The position numbers and the translations under genes were made by a program. From Phycisphaerae bacterium (GTDB taxonomy: Bacteria; Planctomycetota; Phycisphaerae; Sedimentisphaerales; Anaerobacaceae), in contig JAUVVQ010000005.1 in the NCBI GenBank assembly GCA_030604525.1, positions 15,162 to 79,161 of the forward strand: 64,000 nt of DNA, given 5' to 3'. The notes under the pieces were generated by a model that was not told the DNA's origin, did no database searches, and saw only the letters and a list, made by a program, of their open reading frames with translations. Of this stretch, positions 17,026 to 26,108 are shown one piece after another (the stretch's first letter is position 1; every line of letters begins with the position of its first letter).

Positions 17026-18960
17026 ATGGAAACAAAGCATAAAAAATATGACAAATACAAACCTTCCGGCATTGAGTGGCTGGGTGAAGTGCCTGAGCAT
17101 TGGGATGTTAAACGGCTCAAATATATGACTTCAATTAATGATGAGGCTTTGGCAGAATCAACACCATCTGATTACGAGATTCTATATGTTGACATTGGAA
17201 ATGTTGATTCCGCTAAAGGAATTACAAAAAAAGAACTAATGGTCTTTGAAGAAGCTCCGTCAAGAGCAAGACGTATTGTTCAAAACGGTGATACGATAGT
17301 CTCTACTGTCCGCACCTATTTAAGAGCCATTGCCCCAATTGAAATCGCAGAAGACAACCTAATAGTATCAACGGGCTTTGCCGTTGTCAGACCAAGAGAG
17401 ATCAACAGTAATTATCTTTCCTATGCTCTACGTTCACCCTATTTCGTAGAAACAGTTGTCTCTCGTTCTGTAGGAGTTAGCTACCCCGCGATTAATGCAA
17501 GTGATCTTGCTACTATTGAAATCACATTCCCCAACATCTCTGAACAAGAAGCCATCGCTGATTTTTTAGATCGCAGGATGTGTGAGATTGATGAGTTGAT
17601 TGCCAAAAAGGAGCGGGTGATTGAATTACTCAGGGAAAAACGCACAGCCCTTATCAGCCATGCCGTTACCAAGGGCCTTAATCCAGATGCAAAAATGAGA
17701 GACTCTGGTATCGACTGGCTGGGAGATGTGCCGGAACATTGGGAACTAAAAAAACTAAAGTATCTTGTTAAAGAAAAGCTTAAGTATGGAGCAAACGAAT
17801 CCGCTGAATTGGATGATCCGTTGTTGCCAAGATACATCCGAATTACTGACTTTGGAGATGATGGCAAACTTAGAGACGATACCTTTAAATCTTTACCGCA
17901 AGACAAGGCAAAGGAATATTTGCTTGGGGAAGGAGATATTTTATTTGCCAGAAGCGGAGCTACTGTTGGCAAAACGTTTCAATTTAAGAGTTATGATGGG
18001 ATAGCTTGTTTTGCAGGCTATCTGATTAAAGCCAGTCCTGATAAGGATAAAATACTTTCTGATTTTGCGTATTACTACACAAAATCAAATGCCTATGACA
18101 ATTGGAAAAACAGTATTTTTATTCAGGCTACCATCCAAAATATTGGAGCAGACAAGTACCAAACATTACTTGTTACACAACCCTCATTAAATGAACAAAC
18201 AGAAATCACTGACTATCTTAACCGTGAGACAGCCAAGATTGACGCTTTGATGGCTAAAGTTACAGATGCAATAGAGAAGCTGAAAGAATACCGCACAGCA
18301 TTGATCTCCGTAGCGGTGACGGGAAAGATATGTATTACAGAACAGAAGGTATCTGAACAGAAAAAACCGGCACGTCGGGCAACACCGGAGTTCAAGCGTA
18401 CAGTTCTGGCAGCAGAGATTGTTTGCCAGATGCATACTGACAATACTTTCGGGCGGGTTAAGTTTCAGAAATGCTTGTATCTAACTGAACACATTTTACA
18501 GCTTTCTGAATTCAAAGGACATTATCATAGAGATGCAGCCGGGCCACTTGACAACAGACTGATGCACTCGGTAGAGGGGCAAATGAAGAGACTTAAATGG
18601 TTTGAAGCTCTCAATGTTGCAGGGCGAGTAATATATGTTCCCATGGAGAAGGTAGATGGATACAAACAGTATTTTCAAAGATATTGGGGCAACTTGAGGA
18701 CAAGGGTTCAGGAATTAATTGAAATTCTGCGACCAATGAATACTGAGCAGGCGGAAATTGTTGCTACGCTGTTTGCCGCATGGAATGACCTCATTATAAT
18801 CGGAAAGCCATTAGATGATTCAATAATCCTCGATGAAGTCCTTAATAAATGGCATCCCCAAAAAGCTGATATTACACGTGAAAGATGGTTAATTGCTCTT
18901 GATTGGATGAGAAACAAAGGCCTTGTCCCGCAAGGATATGGAGAGACCACGATAATGTAA
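17026..18960 (+). CDS. hsdS: Type I R-M specificity subunit with an extra C-terminal domain of about 200 aa
   Basis: Duplicated HsdS architecture: WLGEVPEHWDVKRLKY and WLGDVPEHWELKKLKY, plus two conserved coiled regions (ALISHAVTKG and ALISVAVTGK). The protein then continues for about 200 aa beyond the normal end. Confidence 0.9.
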   Translation: METKHKKYDKYKPSGIEWLGEVPEHWDVKRLKYMTSINDEALAESTPSDYEILYVDIGNVDSAKGITKKELMVFEEAPSRARRIVQNGDTIVSTVRTYLRAIAPIEIAEDNLIVSTGFAVVRPREINSNYLSYALRSPYFVETVVSRSVGVSYPAINASDLATIEITFPNISEQEAIADFLDRRMCEIDELIAKKERVIELLREKRTALISHAVTKGLNPDAKMRDSGIDWLGDVPEHWELKKLKYLVKEKLKYGANESAELDDPLLPRYIRITDFGDDGKLRDDTFKSLPQDKAKEYLLGEGDILFARSGATVGKTFQFKSYDGIACFAGYLIKASPDKDKILSDFAYYYTKSNAYDNWKNSIFIQATIQNIGADKYQTLLVTQPSLNEQTEITDYLNRETAKIDALMAKVTDAIEKLKEYRTALISVAVTGKICITEQKVSEQKKPARRATPEFKRTVLAAEIVCQMHTDNTFGRVKFQKCLYLTEHILQLSEFKGHYHRDAAGPLDNRLMHSVEGQMKRLKWFEALNVAGRVIYVPMEKVDGYKQYFQRYWGNLRTRVQELIEILRPMNTEQAEIVATLFAAWNDLIIIGKPLDDSIILDEVLNKWHPQKADITRERWLIALDWMRNKGLVPQGYGETTIM

Positions 18961-18988
18961 AAGATAAAAATTTTTAAGGAAAGTCAAT

Positions 18989-19333
18989 ATGGCAAAAGAA
19001 ATAACGGATATTGATATATTGCAGCAGTATTTGGAAGGTGTTATGGAGCGAAGTGAACATCATGCTGACGAAGTGAATGAGATTATTCTGGCATTGATTG
19101 GGGCAGTTATATGGAAGAAAAACAGCAGACCCATCAAAGTTAAAGAGTATGCTGGCGAACTCGCGAATGTTCTATGGTGGCACAGCAAAGGCGGTAATAA
19201 GTATGCCTTTAGATACAATCATGAACAAAAAAAGATAGAATTGAGGAAAGATACTTTCAAGGGTAATTTGGTTATGGCTTTTGACAACAATACCGAGATA
19301 GATGAAATTATTAATCTGTTCGGAACGCTGTAA
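18989..19333 (+). CDS. Hypothetical protein (114 aa)
   Basis: ORF in operon register between hsdS and hsdR. No domain recognised. Confidence 0.5.
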   Translation: MAKEITDIDILQQYLEGVMERSEHHADEVNEIILALIGAVIWKKNSRPIKVKEYAGELANVLWWHSKGGNKYAFRYNHEQKKIELRKDTFKGNLVMAFDNNTEIDEIINLFGTL

Positions 19334-19379
19334 ATGACTGGTATCGTAACCGGGAAAATTGATGTAAGAGAGAATTAGA

Positions 19380-19739
19380 ATGCTATTAGATGTTCATGGC
19401 AATCGAGTTAATAGAGATCCTCATCGAGAACAGTTCGATGCATGGCGTCACGGGATATCCAACGAAAATTTTCAGGCAATGGAAGATGCAATCAATGATT
19501 TTTGCGACCGAAATGATGAGTTTCGTTCAAGTTTTATGCCCGGGCAGGATGAGGCTATTGGAAGATTATTTCCTATTTTAACGGCTGCCTGCAATGGTAA
19601 CGAGCAAGACGCTGGTTTATTTTTTGGAAATATCGTATGGCGAATTCTGGATGACAGACCCGAAGAATGGCGTTTTGCCCGATCTGAGCAAGATGAGGAA
19701 AATCCGCTTGGAATGTTTTACTGGCGAAGAAATAGCTGA
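19380..19739 (+). CDS. Hypothetical protein (119 aa)
   Basis: ORF in operon register. No domain recognised. Confidence 0.45.
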   Translation: MLLDVHGNRVNRDPHREQFDAWRHGISNENFQAMEDAINDFCDRNDEFRSSFMPGQDEAIGRLFPILTAACNGNEQDAGLFFGNIVWRILDDRPEEWRFARSEQDEENPLGMFYWRRNS

Positions 19740-19781
19740 GATTGATATAAGAATAATGATAATCCGTGAAAAGGAATTAAA

Positions 19782-20720
19782 ATGATTGGTAAAATCAAAA
19801 GAGTTGGTTTACGGGAAGTTTGGAAACATGAAGCCTATGACTTTACCCAGTGGCTGGAAGATAATATTGATGTACTCAATGATGTAATAGATATCAATTT
19901 ATCTAACGCTGAAAGAGAAAGAGCCGCGGGTACTTTCAGTGCGGACCTGGTAGCGGAAGACGAGAAAGGCAATCCAGTTGTCATAGAAAATCAACTCGAA
20001 AAGAGCAACCACGACCATTTGGGTAAACTTATCACGTATTTGACTGCTATAGGGGCTAAGGCGGGTATTTGGATAGTGGCTGATCCACGACCTGAGCATG
20101 TTAGTGCAATCTCCTGGCTTAATGAGTCAAGCTCCGCTTCGTTTTATCTATTGAAGGTAGAGGCAATTAAGATCGGTGAATCCAAACCGGCACCGCTGTT
20201 GACTTTGATTGTGGGCCCGAGTGAGGAAAGCCGTGAAGTGGGTAAGACAAAGAAAAACCTTGCCGAGCGTCACATATTACGAGAAAAGTGGTGGTCAGTC
20301 TTGCTGGATAATGCAAAAGCTAAAACAAAACTACATGCCAAGCGTTCTACAACAAAATATAACTACATTAACGCGAGTTCCGGTAAACGAGGCCTTGGTT
20401 ATATGTACAGCGTTAACCAAAACAACACCACAGTAGAACTATATGTTGACAGAGGTGGGGATTCAAAAGAGGAAAATGAACGCATCTTCGACAACCTGAA
20501 ACAGAATAAAGCTGAGATTGAATCAGCTTTTGGCGAAAAGCTTGAGTGGGAAAAACTGGAAACTAAACGAGCATGCAGAATTATCAAACGTTTTTCTCTT
20601 GGTGGATATAGGTCCGATGAAGAACAATGGCCGGGTATTCATGATAAGATGATAGATGCAATGATAAGATTAGAAAAGGCCCTCGGCCCATATATTAAAA
20701 AGATGAAAATTGGAGCGTAA
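19782..20720 (+). CDS. PD-(D/E)XK-like N-terminal domain plus DUF4268-like C-terminal domain protein
   Basis: FSADLVAEDEKGNPVVIENQLEKSNHDHLGKLITYL is the signature seen in DUF4268-family proteins that are often linked to type I R-M loci. Confidence 0.65.
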   Translation: MIGKIKRVGLREVWKHEAYDFTQWLEDNIDVLNDVIDINLSNAERERAAGTFSADLVAEDEKGNPVVIENQLEKSNHDHLGKLITYLTAIGAKAGIWIVADPRPEHVSAISWLNESSSASFYLLKVEAIKIGESKPAPLLTLIVGPSEESREVGKTKKNLAERHILREKWWSVLLDNAKAKTKLHAKRSTTKYNYINASSGKRGLGYMYSVNQNNTTVELYVDRGGDSKEENERIFDNLKQNKAEIESAFGEKLEWEKLETKRACRIIKRFSLGGYRSDEEQWPGIHDKMIDAMIRLEKALGPYIKKMKIGA

Positions 20721-20723
20721 CCA

Positions 20724-23714
20724 ATGGCCATAGATCACACAGAAAAAGCCTTTGAAACAGCAATTGAAGATTCTCTGTTAAACCAGGGCGGATACAGCAA
20801 AGCTGATCCCAAAAACTTTGACAAGTCTCGATGTTTAGACCCTACGGTATTAGTTCCATTTATTCAGGGGACTCAGCCTAAAGTATGGCAGGCTTTGGAA
20901 GATATTCACGGCGCCGACACAGATACGATTTTGCTGGATGACCTTGTAAAGGCGATGGATTCGCAGGGCAGTTTGAACGTTATCCGACACGGCTTTAAGT
21001 GCTTTGGCAAACTTGTGTGTGTCGCTTATTTTGCTCCGGCCCATAAGATGAATCCTGATATCCAACGACTATACGAAGCTAATCGGCTTACAGTTACCAG
21101 GCAGCTTAAATACAGTACGGCAAATGAAAACAGCCTCGATGTAGTGCTTAGCCTTAATGGGTTGCCGGTAATAACTGCCGAGTTGAAAAATCCCATTACC
21201 GGTCAGACCGTCGAGCACGCCAAACATCAGTATAAAAACGACCGTGACCCGAGAGAAAGGATATTCGAGTTTAAGAAACGGGCTCTTGTGCATTTCGCTG
21301 TTGATCCCGACCTGGTTTTTATGACAACAAGATTGAGTGGGAAAGCAACACACTTTTTGCCTTTTAACCTCGGTGATGGCACAGGAGCAGGCAATCCTCA
21401 ACCCAAAGACCGTTCCAAGTACAAAACTTCGTATCTTTGGGAGTATGTCTGGGCGAGAGAGAGTTTTCTTGACATTCTGGGACGGTTTCTGCATCTACAG
21501 ATTGAGGAAAAAAACATTGGCGCAAAGAAGATTCGCAAAGAAACTATGATTTTCCCGCGTTATCAGCAATTGGACGTGGTACGTAAGCTGGAGGCTGACG
21601 CCAGAGAAACCGGGGCCGGCAAAAACTACCTCATTGAGCATTCGGCTGGTAGCGGCAAGAGTAATTCAATTGCTTGGCTGGCGCATCGTCTGTCGAGTTT
21701 GCATGATGAGCAGGATAAAAGGATTTTTGATTCGGTTGTAGTAATTACTGACCGCCTTGTGCTTGACCAGCAATTGCAGAACACTATCTATCAATTTGAA
21801 CACAAACAAGGCGTGGTTCAAAAAATAGATGAAGATTCAACACAGCTTGCAGACGCCTTAATGACCGGTACGCCAATTGTCATTACTACGCTTCAGAAAT
21901 TTCCCTTTGTAACTGAGAAAGTCGGCACTCTGCCAGATCGCCGGTATGCTGTTATTATTGATGAAGCACACAGCAGCCAATCAGGTGAAAGTGCTACTGA
22001 ACTTAAGGGCGTGTTAGCTTCTGAACACATTCGCCAACAGGCGCAAGCTGAGGCAGAAGAACTTGGGCTGCCCGATTATGAAGAGGAAATCCTGCGTACT
22101 ATGGTAAAGCGAGGCAGGCAGCCAAACATCAGCTTTTTCGCGTTCACAGCGACCCCAAAATTTAAAACACTCAAGGTATTTGGTCAACCTGGTGCCGATG
22201 GCAAGCCGGAGCCATTTCATCTCTATAGTATGCGTCAGGCTATCGAAGAAGGGTTTATTCTTGATGTGTTGAAAAACTATACTACATATAAAACATATTA
22301 CAGGCTCATCAAGTCAATTGAGGATGACCCCGAGGTTGATAAAAGAAAAGCGGCCCGGGCATTGGCCAGGTTTATGAGTCTGCATCCACATAACATTATC
22401 CAAAAGACCGAAGTTATAATTGAGCACTTCCGCCACTTCACACGCCATAAGATAGGTGGTAAGGCCAAGGCAATGGTTGTAACCAGTTCACGTTTACATG
22501 CCGTACGTTATAAAGAAGCTTTTGATAAGTATATTGCGGAAAAGGAATACGCGGATATTCACACGCTGGTAGCGTTCTCAGGTACAGTAGAAGATCCGGA
22601 CGTTAAGGATAAGACTTACACCGAAGTTGGTATGAATCTGGGAATCAGGGAGAAAGAACTGCCGAAGCAATTCGCAACTGCCGAATATCAAGTTTTAATT
22701 GTGGCTGAGAAATACCAGACTGGATTCGACCAGCCATTGTTGCACACTATGTATGTAGATAAGCGTCTCTCCGGTATACAGGCAGTACAGACGCTTTCAC
22801 GTTTGAACCGCACATGTCCTGGGAAAGAAGATACATTTGTGCTGGACTTTTACAATGATACGCAGGAGATTCTTGAGTCATTCCAGCCATATTACGAACA
22901 AACCTGTATTGGCGAAGACTCCGACCCTCGTCAGCTCTATGATATGCAAGCAAAAATGGATGAGCAACATATCTATTACCATGAAGACATTGAAGGCTTC
23001 TGCAGAGTATTCTTTAAAAACAAACTTATTCAATCACACAGCGACCATGCAATGATGAACTCTTTTCTCGACCCTGCGGCGGCAAGATTTTCAGATTTAG
23101 ACGAGGATTCACAGGAAGAATTTAGAAGTCTTTTATACACGTATCGAAATCTCTATTCGTTCCTTTCACAGGTAATTCCCTACCAAGACAGTGATCTGGA
23201 AAAACTGTATACGTATATCAGATTCCTGATTCCTAAGTTACCCAGAAGGATGTCAGGGCCAAAATATAACTTTGACAATGAAATAGCACTAAAATACTAC
23301 CGCCTTCAGAAAATTAGTGAAGGAACTATTCATTTAGAACCTGGTGCCGATACTGAGGTTAGCGGGCCAACTGCAGTGGGGACAAGTAGGGGCGAAAGTC
23401 CACAAGTGGAATTGTCTCAACTGATCGACATTATAAATGAACGGTTCGGAACAAACTTTAAACCTGCAGACCAGTTATTCTTTGACCAGACAAAAGAAGA
23501 AGCGGTTGCTAACGAAGATTTGAGACAGGTGGCTCATGCCAATCCCTATGAAGGATTCCATTTGGTTTTTCGGAAGGTACTTGAGGGGCTTTTCATTGAC
23601 AGAATGGAACAGAATGAAGGTATCTTTGCAAAATTTATGAATGACCCCGAGTTCAAGACAATTGTTGAGGATGGTCTTGGCCGACAGGTCTATGACCAGA
23701 TTCGGTCGAAATGA
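20724..23714 (+). CDS. hsdR: Type I restriction endonuclease R subunit
   Basis: N-terminal nuclease motif DVVLSLNGLPVITAELKNP. Helicase motif I EHSAGSGKSNS, motif II VIIDEAHSSQ, motif III FAFTATP, motif VI QTLSRLNR. Confidence 0.95.
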   Translation: MAIDHTEKAFETAIEDSLLNQGGYSKADPKNFDKSRCLDPTVLVPFIQGTQPKVWQALEDIHGADTDTILLDDLVKAMDSQGSLNVIRHGFKCFGKLVCVAYFAPAHKMNPDIQRLYEANRLTVTRQLKYSTANENSLDVVLSLNGLPVITAELKNPITGQTVEHAKHQYKNDRDPRERIFEFKKRALVHFAVDPDLVFMTTRLSGKATHFLPFNLGDGTGAGNPQPKDRSKYKTSYLWEYVWARESFLDILGRFLHLQIEEKNIGAKKIRKETMIFPRYQQLDVVRKLEADARETGAGKNYLIEHSAGSGKSNSIAWLAHRLSSLHDEQDKRIFDSVVVITDRLVLDQQLQNTIYQFEHKQGVVQKIDEDSTQLADALMTGTPIVITTLQKFPFVTEKVGTLPDRRYAVIIDEAHSSQSGESATELKGVLASEHIRQQAQAEAEELGLPDYEEEILRTMVKRGRQPNISFFAFTATPKFKTLKVFGQPGADGKPEPFHLYSMRQAIEEGFILDVLKNYTTYKTYYRLIKSIEDDPEVDKRKAARALARFMSLHPHNIIQKTEVIIEHFRHFTRHKIGGKAKAMVVTSSRLHAVRYKEAFDKYIAEKEYADIHTLVAFSGTVEDPDVKDKTYTEVGMNLGIREKELPKQFATAEYQVLIVAEKYQTGFDQPLLHTMYVDKRLSGIQAVQTLSRLNRTCPGKEDTFVLDFYNDTQEILESFQPYYEQTCIGEDSDPRQLYDMQAKMDEQHIYYHEDIEGFCRVFFKNKLIQSHSDHAMMNSFLDPAAARFSDLDEDSQEEFRSLLYTYRNLYSFLSQVIPYQDSDLEKLYTYIRFLIPKLPRRMSGPKYNFDNEIALKYYRLQKISEGTIHLEPGADTEVSGPTAVGTSRGESPQVELSQLIDIINERFGTNFKPADQLFFDQTKEEAVANEDLRQVAHANPYEGFHLVFRKVLEGLFIDRMEQNEGIFAKFMNDPEFKTIVEDGLGRQVYDQIRSK

Positions 23715-23828
23715 AGTTCCAAGGTAAATAGTGCCAGTTTAACGCATGAAGCAAATTGATAAGAAAATCGACACCCACGGCGGCTGGCCGATAAAATAAA
23801 AATTGAACTTTTAACAAGATTAAATCTT

Positions 23829-24134
23829 ATGGCACTCATAGCAAATTTAAGGCATTATCTTGGCGATGATCTAAGCCTGGTGAAAATTCCCGCACCCGCA
23901 GCAACATTAAGGGAGTTCATGGGCTGTTTGGTGGAAGCCGTTACCCTAAGAGACCCCGATGACGAAAATTATGTTACATCGCTAAAATGTCGGCATGGCT
24001 GTGATGGCGATATTATTGTTTTTTTTGACCCAAACGATCCTTCGCCTATCAAGTGGTCTTGCTTCTTCTGCAAAGATGAAGGTCAGCTTACCGGATGGGA
24101 AGGAACTGTCTGGGACAAAAGTTCCGGTCAGTAA
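23829..24134 (+). CDS. Hypothetical Cys-containing small protein (101 aa)
   Basis: ORF only. No domain recognised. Confidence 0.3.
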   Translation: MALIANLRHYLGDDLSLVKIPAPAATLREFMGCLVEAVTLRDPDDENYVTSLKCRHGCDGDIIVFFDPNDPSPIKWSCFFCKDEGQLTGWEGTVWDKSSGQ

Positions 24135-24329
24135 GCACATGTGCTACAGAATCTCTCAGAGGTATTTTTGCCCATAAAATCTCGAACTGGTCTTGATGCA
24201 GTGTAACAGTCTATCTTTAAAAATCAGCTATTTACAAAACAAGTCGATTTTCTAGGCCGTCTTTGCTATAATGCTCCCCTCATTAGAATTTATAGGAGAT
24301 GTTAATTATTATGAGGTGATGAAAGAATT

Positions 24330-24607
24330 ATGAAAACTCGACCTTGGACAATGCTGTTAATGATGCTAGTAGGTTGGATGAATCGGCAGCAACAGGAAGT
24401 TATCGAATACTTAAAAGCTGAGAATGGCATACTCAGAGATGAATTATTAAAGGCAAAATATATGAAACTTATGAGGATGGCAAAAAAGATATTTTCAATT
24501 ACACCGAGGTGTTCTATAATCGTAAACGAAGACATGCTTCGCTGGGCTATGTAAGCCCAGTCGTATATGAGGAAATGCATGAAATGAAACAGGGTCGGGC
24601 GGCATAA
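24330..24607 (+). pseudogene. Chimeric transposase remnant: N-terminus of an rve-type transposase joined to the C-terminal tail of an IS3-family OrfB
   Basis: MKTRPWTMLLMMLVGWMNRQQQEVIEYLKAENGILR parallels the N-terminus of the intact transposase at 26945. From about 24464, a different frame reads DIFNYTEVFYNRKRRHASLGYVSPVVYEE, which is the IS3 OrfB tail. Confidence 0.6.
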
Positions 24608-24674
24608 TTGGCAAGTCAAGTGTCCGCCATCTGTTTGGCACCTCATTTTTGTGATTGTATAAACAACAAAAGGG

Positions 24675-26039
24675 TTGCAAGGTATGACAAAACACCACGA
24701 GTATTGGCAAACAGGTATTACCGAGTTGGATAAATTATTATTTGAAGGGCGTGGATTTAGAAGGGGAAGGGGATATATCATATCTGGACCTTCTCAATCA
24801 GGAAAAACTATCCTCGCAATGTGTTTAGTGAGAAATATAATCAAACAGGGTGGTGCAATCACATATATGACAATGGGTAGATCAGCAAAAGACCTTGTGG
24901 AATTGTATCAAGCATTCAATATAGATATTAATAACTATTTGGAGGCGATGTGTTTAGTAATCCTTGATTGGTCCACAATCAAAGCTGGTGGTAATATCAA
25001 GCGAACCAAAAGGGAATTGGAAAAATATCTTTCCAAGAAGGCTATTGCCAACATAAGATTTTGTACCGACCCATGCAGCAAAGAGGAGTTTATTGGCAAA
25101 ATTAATGAAATTCATGAAGAAAAGGCGAGGTTTCATGGCAAGCCAGGAGTTGGAGTTGTAGATGCTATCTCCGAGCAAATAGTGCAACTGAGCAGGAAAG
25201 GACTTCCTGGGGCTATTGTTTCGGAAATATATTTAGCTGCCCGGCAGAGGTTCTCGATGGAAGAACCTGGTACCGCTTTCCATCTATTTTCACCATTGGA
25301 AGAACGTGTGGGCTGTGAATATTCAGTGCTCATAGAGGATCTACATCTCAATGAGGATGGAACAATAAACTTGGCACTTGAATTTAATGATGGAGGTGAA
25401 GTCAAAAATAGGAACATGTGGGTACGCTCTCTATATGGAGGCAAAGCTCCAAGTAAAAAACTTAATTTTGAAATCAATGTTGAAGACATAATTAGAATAA
25501 TAGATCCTGTGAACCAGTCAAATGAAATGGAATGTATGCGAGTTAGTAATTTATCAAAATCTGCGCGGCTTATTGAAATCCATGAAATAGATGAATTTCA
25601 AAATATCAGAAGTATTTCTAAAGCCAACATAACGGAACGTGATATTGCTAATATCAGGTGCCTAGATGAAGCAAGAGAGTTAGAACGGTATATCCGAGAT
25701 ATTTTGAATGATTCAAATGTGACTCCTCATGGGCCTACGGAGATTGCGGATATCTTAACAACATGCGTTCATGTGAAAGGAGAAGGGAGAATCGCTGCTT
25801 TTATTTTAAAAGGAAAAAGTTATAAGAAGGTTACAAGCAGGGATGTAACTCATCAATTCGCCAAGGTTCGACAAATACAGGGTATTGGCCTAATGGTCCT
25901 AGTTGCAGTGGGACATATTCATGATGATGCAAAAAGAGATTTTTTTCAGGCTGCTCAAGATGCAGGATGTGACTATCTTATTATTGATACGAGGAATTGC
26001 TGGCGTCTATTAGTTGCCTATGGAAAAATCAGTCCATAA
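24675..26039 (+). CDS. KaiC/RecA-like P-loop ATPase fused to a C-terminal Mrr-like (PD-(D/E)XK) nuclease domain
   Basis: N-terminus: TGITELDKLLFEGRGFRRGRGYIISGPSQSGKTILAM (RecA/KaiC-type Walker A context). C-terminus: HGPTEIADIL...AAFILKGKSYKKVTSRDVTHQF...LMVLVAVGHIHDDAKRDFFQAAQDAGCDYLIIDTRNCWRLL follows the Mrr_cat pattern. Confidence 0.55.
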   Translation: MQGMTKHHEYWQTGITELDKLLFEGRGFRRGRGYIISGPSQSGKTILAMCLVRNIIKQGGAITYMTMGRSAKDLVELYQAFNIDINNYLEAMCLVILDWSTIKAGGNIKRTKRELEKYLSKKAIANIRFCTDPCSKEEFIGKINEIHEEKARFHGKPGVGVVDAISEQIVQLSRKGLPGAIVSEIYLAARQRFSMEEPGTAFHLFSPLEERVGCEYSVLIEDLHLNEDGTINLALEFNDGGEVKNRNMWVRSLYGGKAPSKKLNFEINVEDIIRIIDPVNQSNEMECMRVSNLSKSARLIEIHEIDEFQNIRSISKANITERDIANIRCLDEARELERYIRDILNDSNVTPHGPTEIADILTTCVHVKGEGRIAAFILKGKSYKKVTSRDVTHQFAKVRQIQGIGLMVLVAVGHIHDDAKRDFFQAAQDAGCDYLIIDTRNCWRLLVAYGKISP

Positions 26040-26108
26040 AACATCAAACTATAAAAAAATCTCAGCTAACAACAAAACCTTTATATATGTTGAAAGGAAA
26101 ATTTTATT

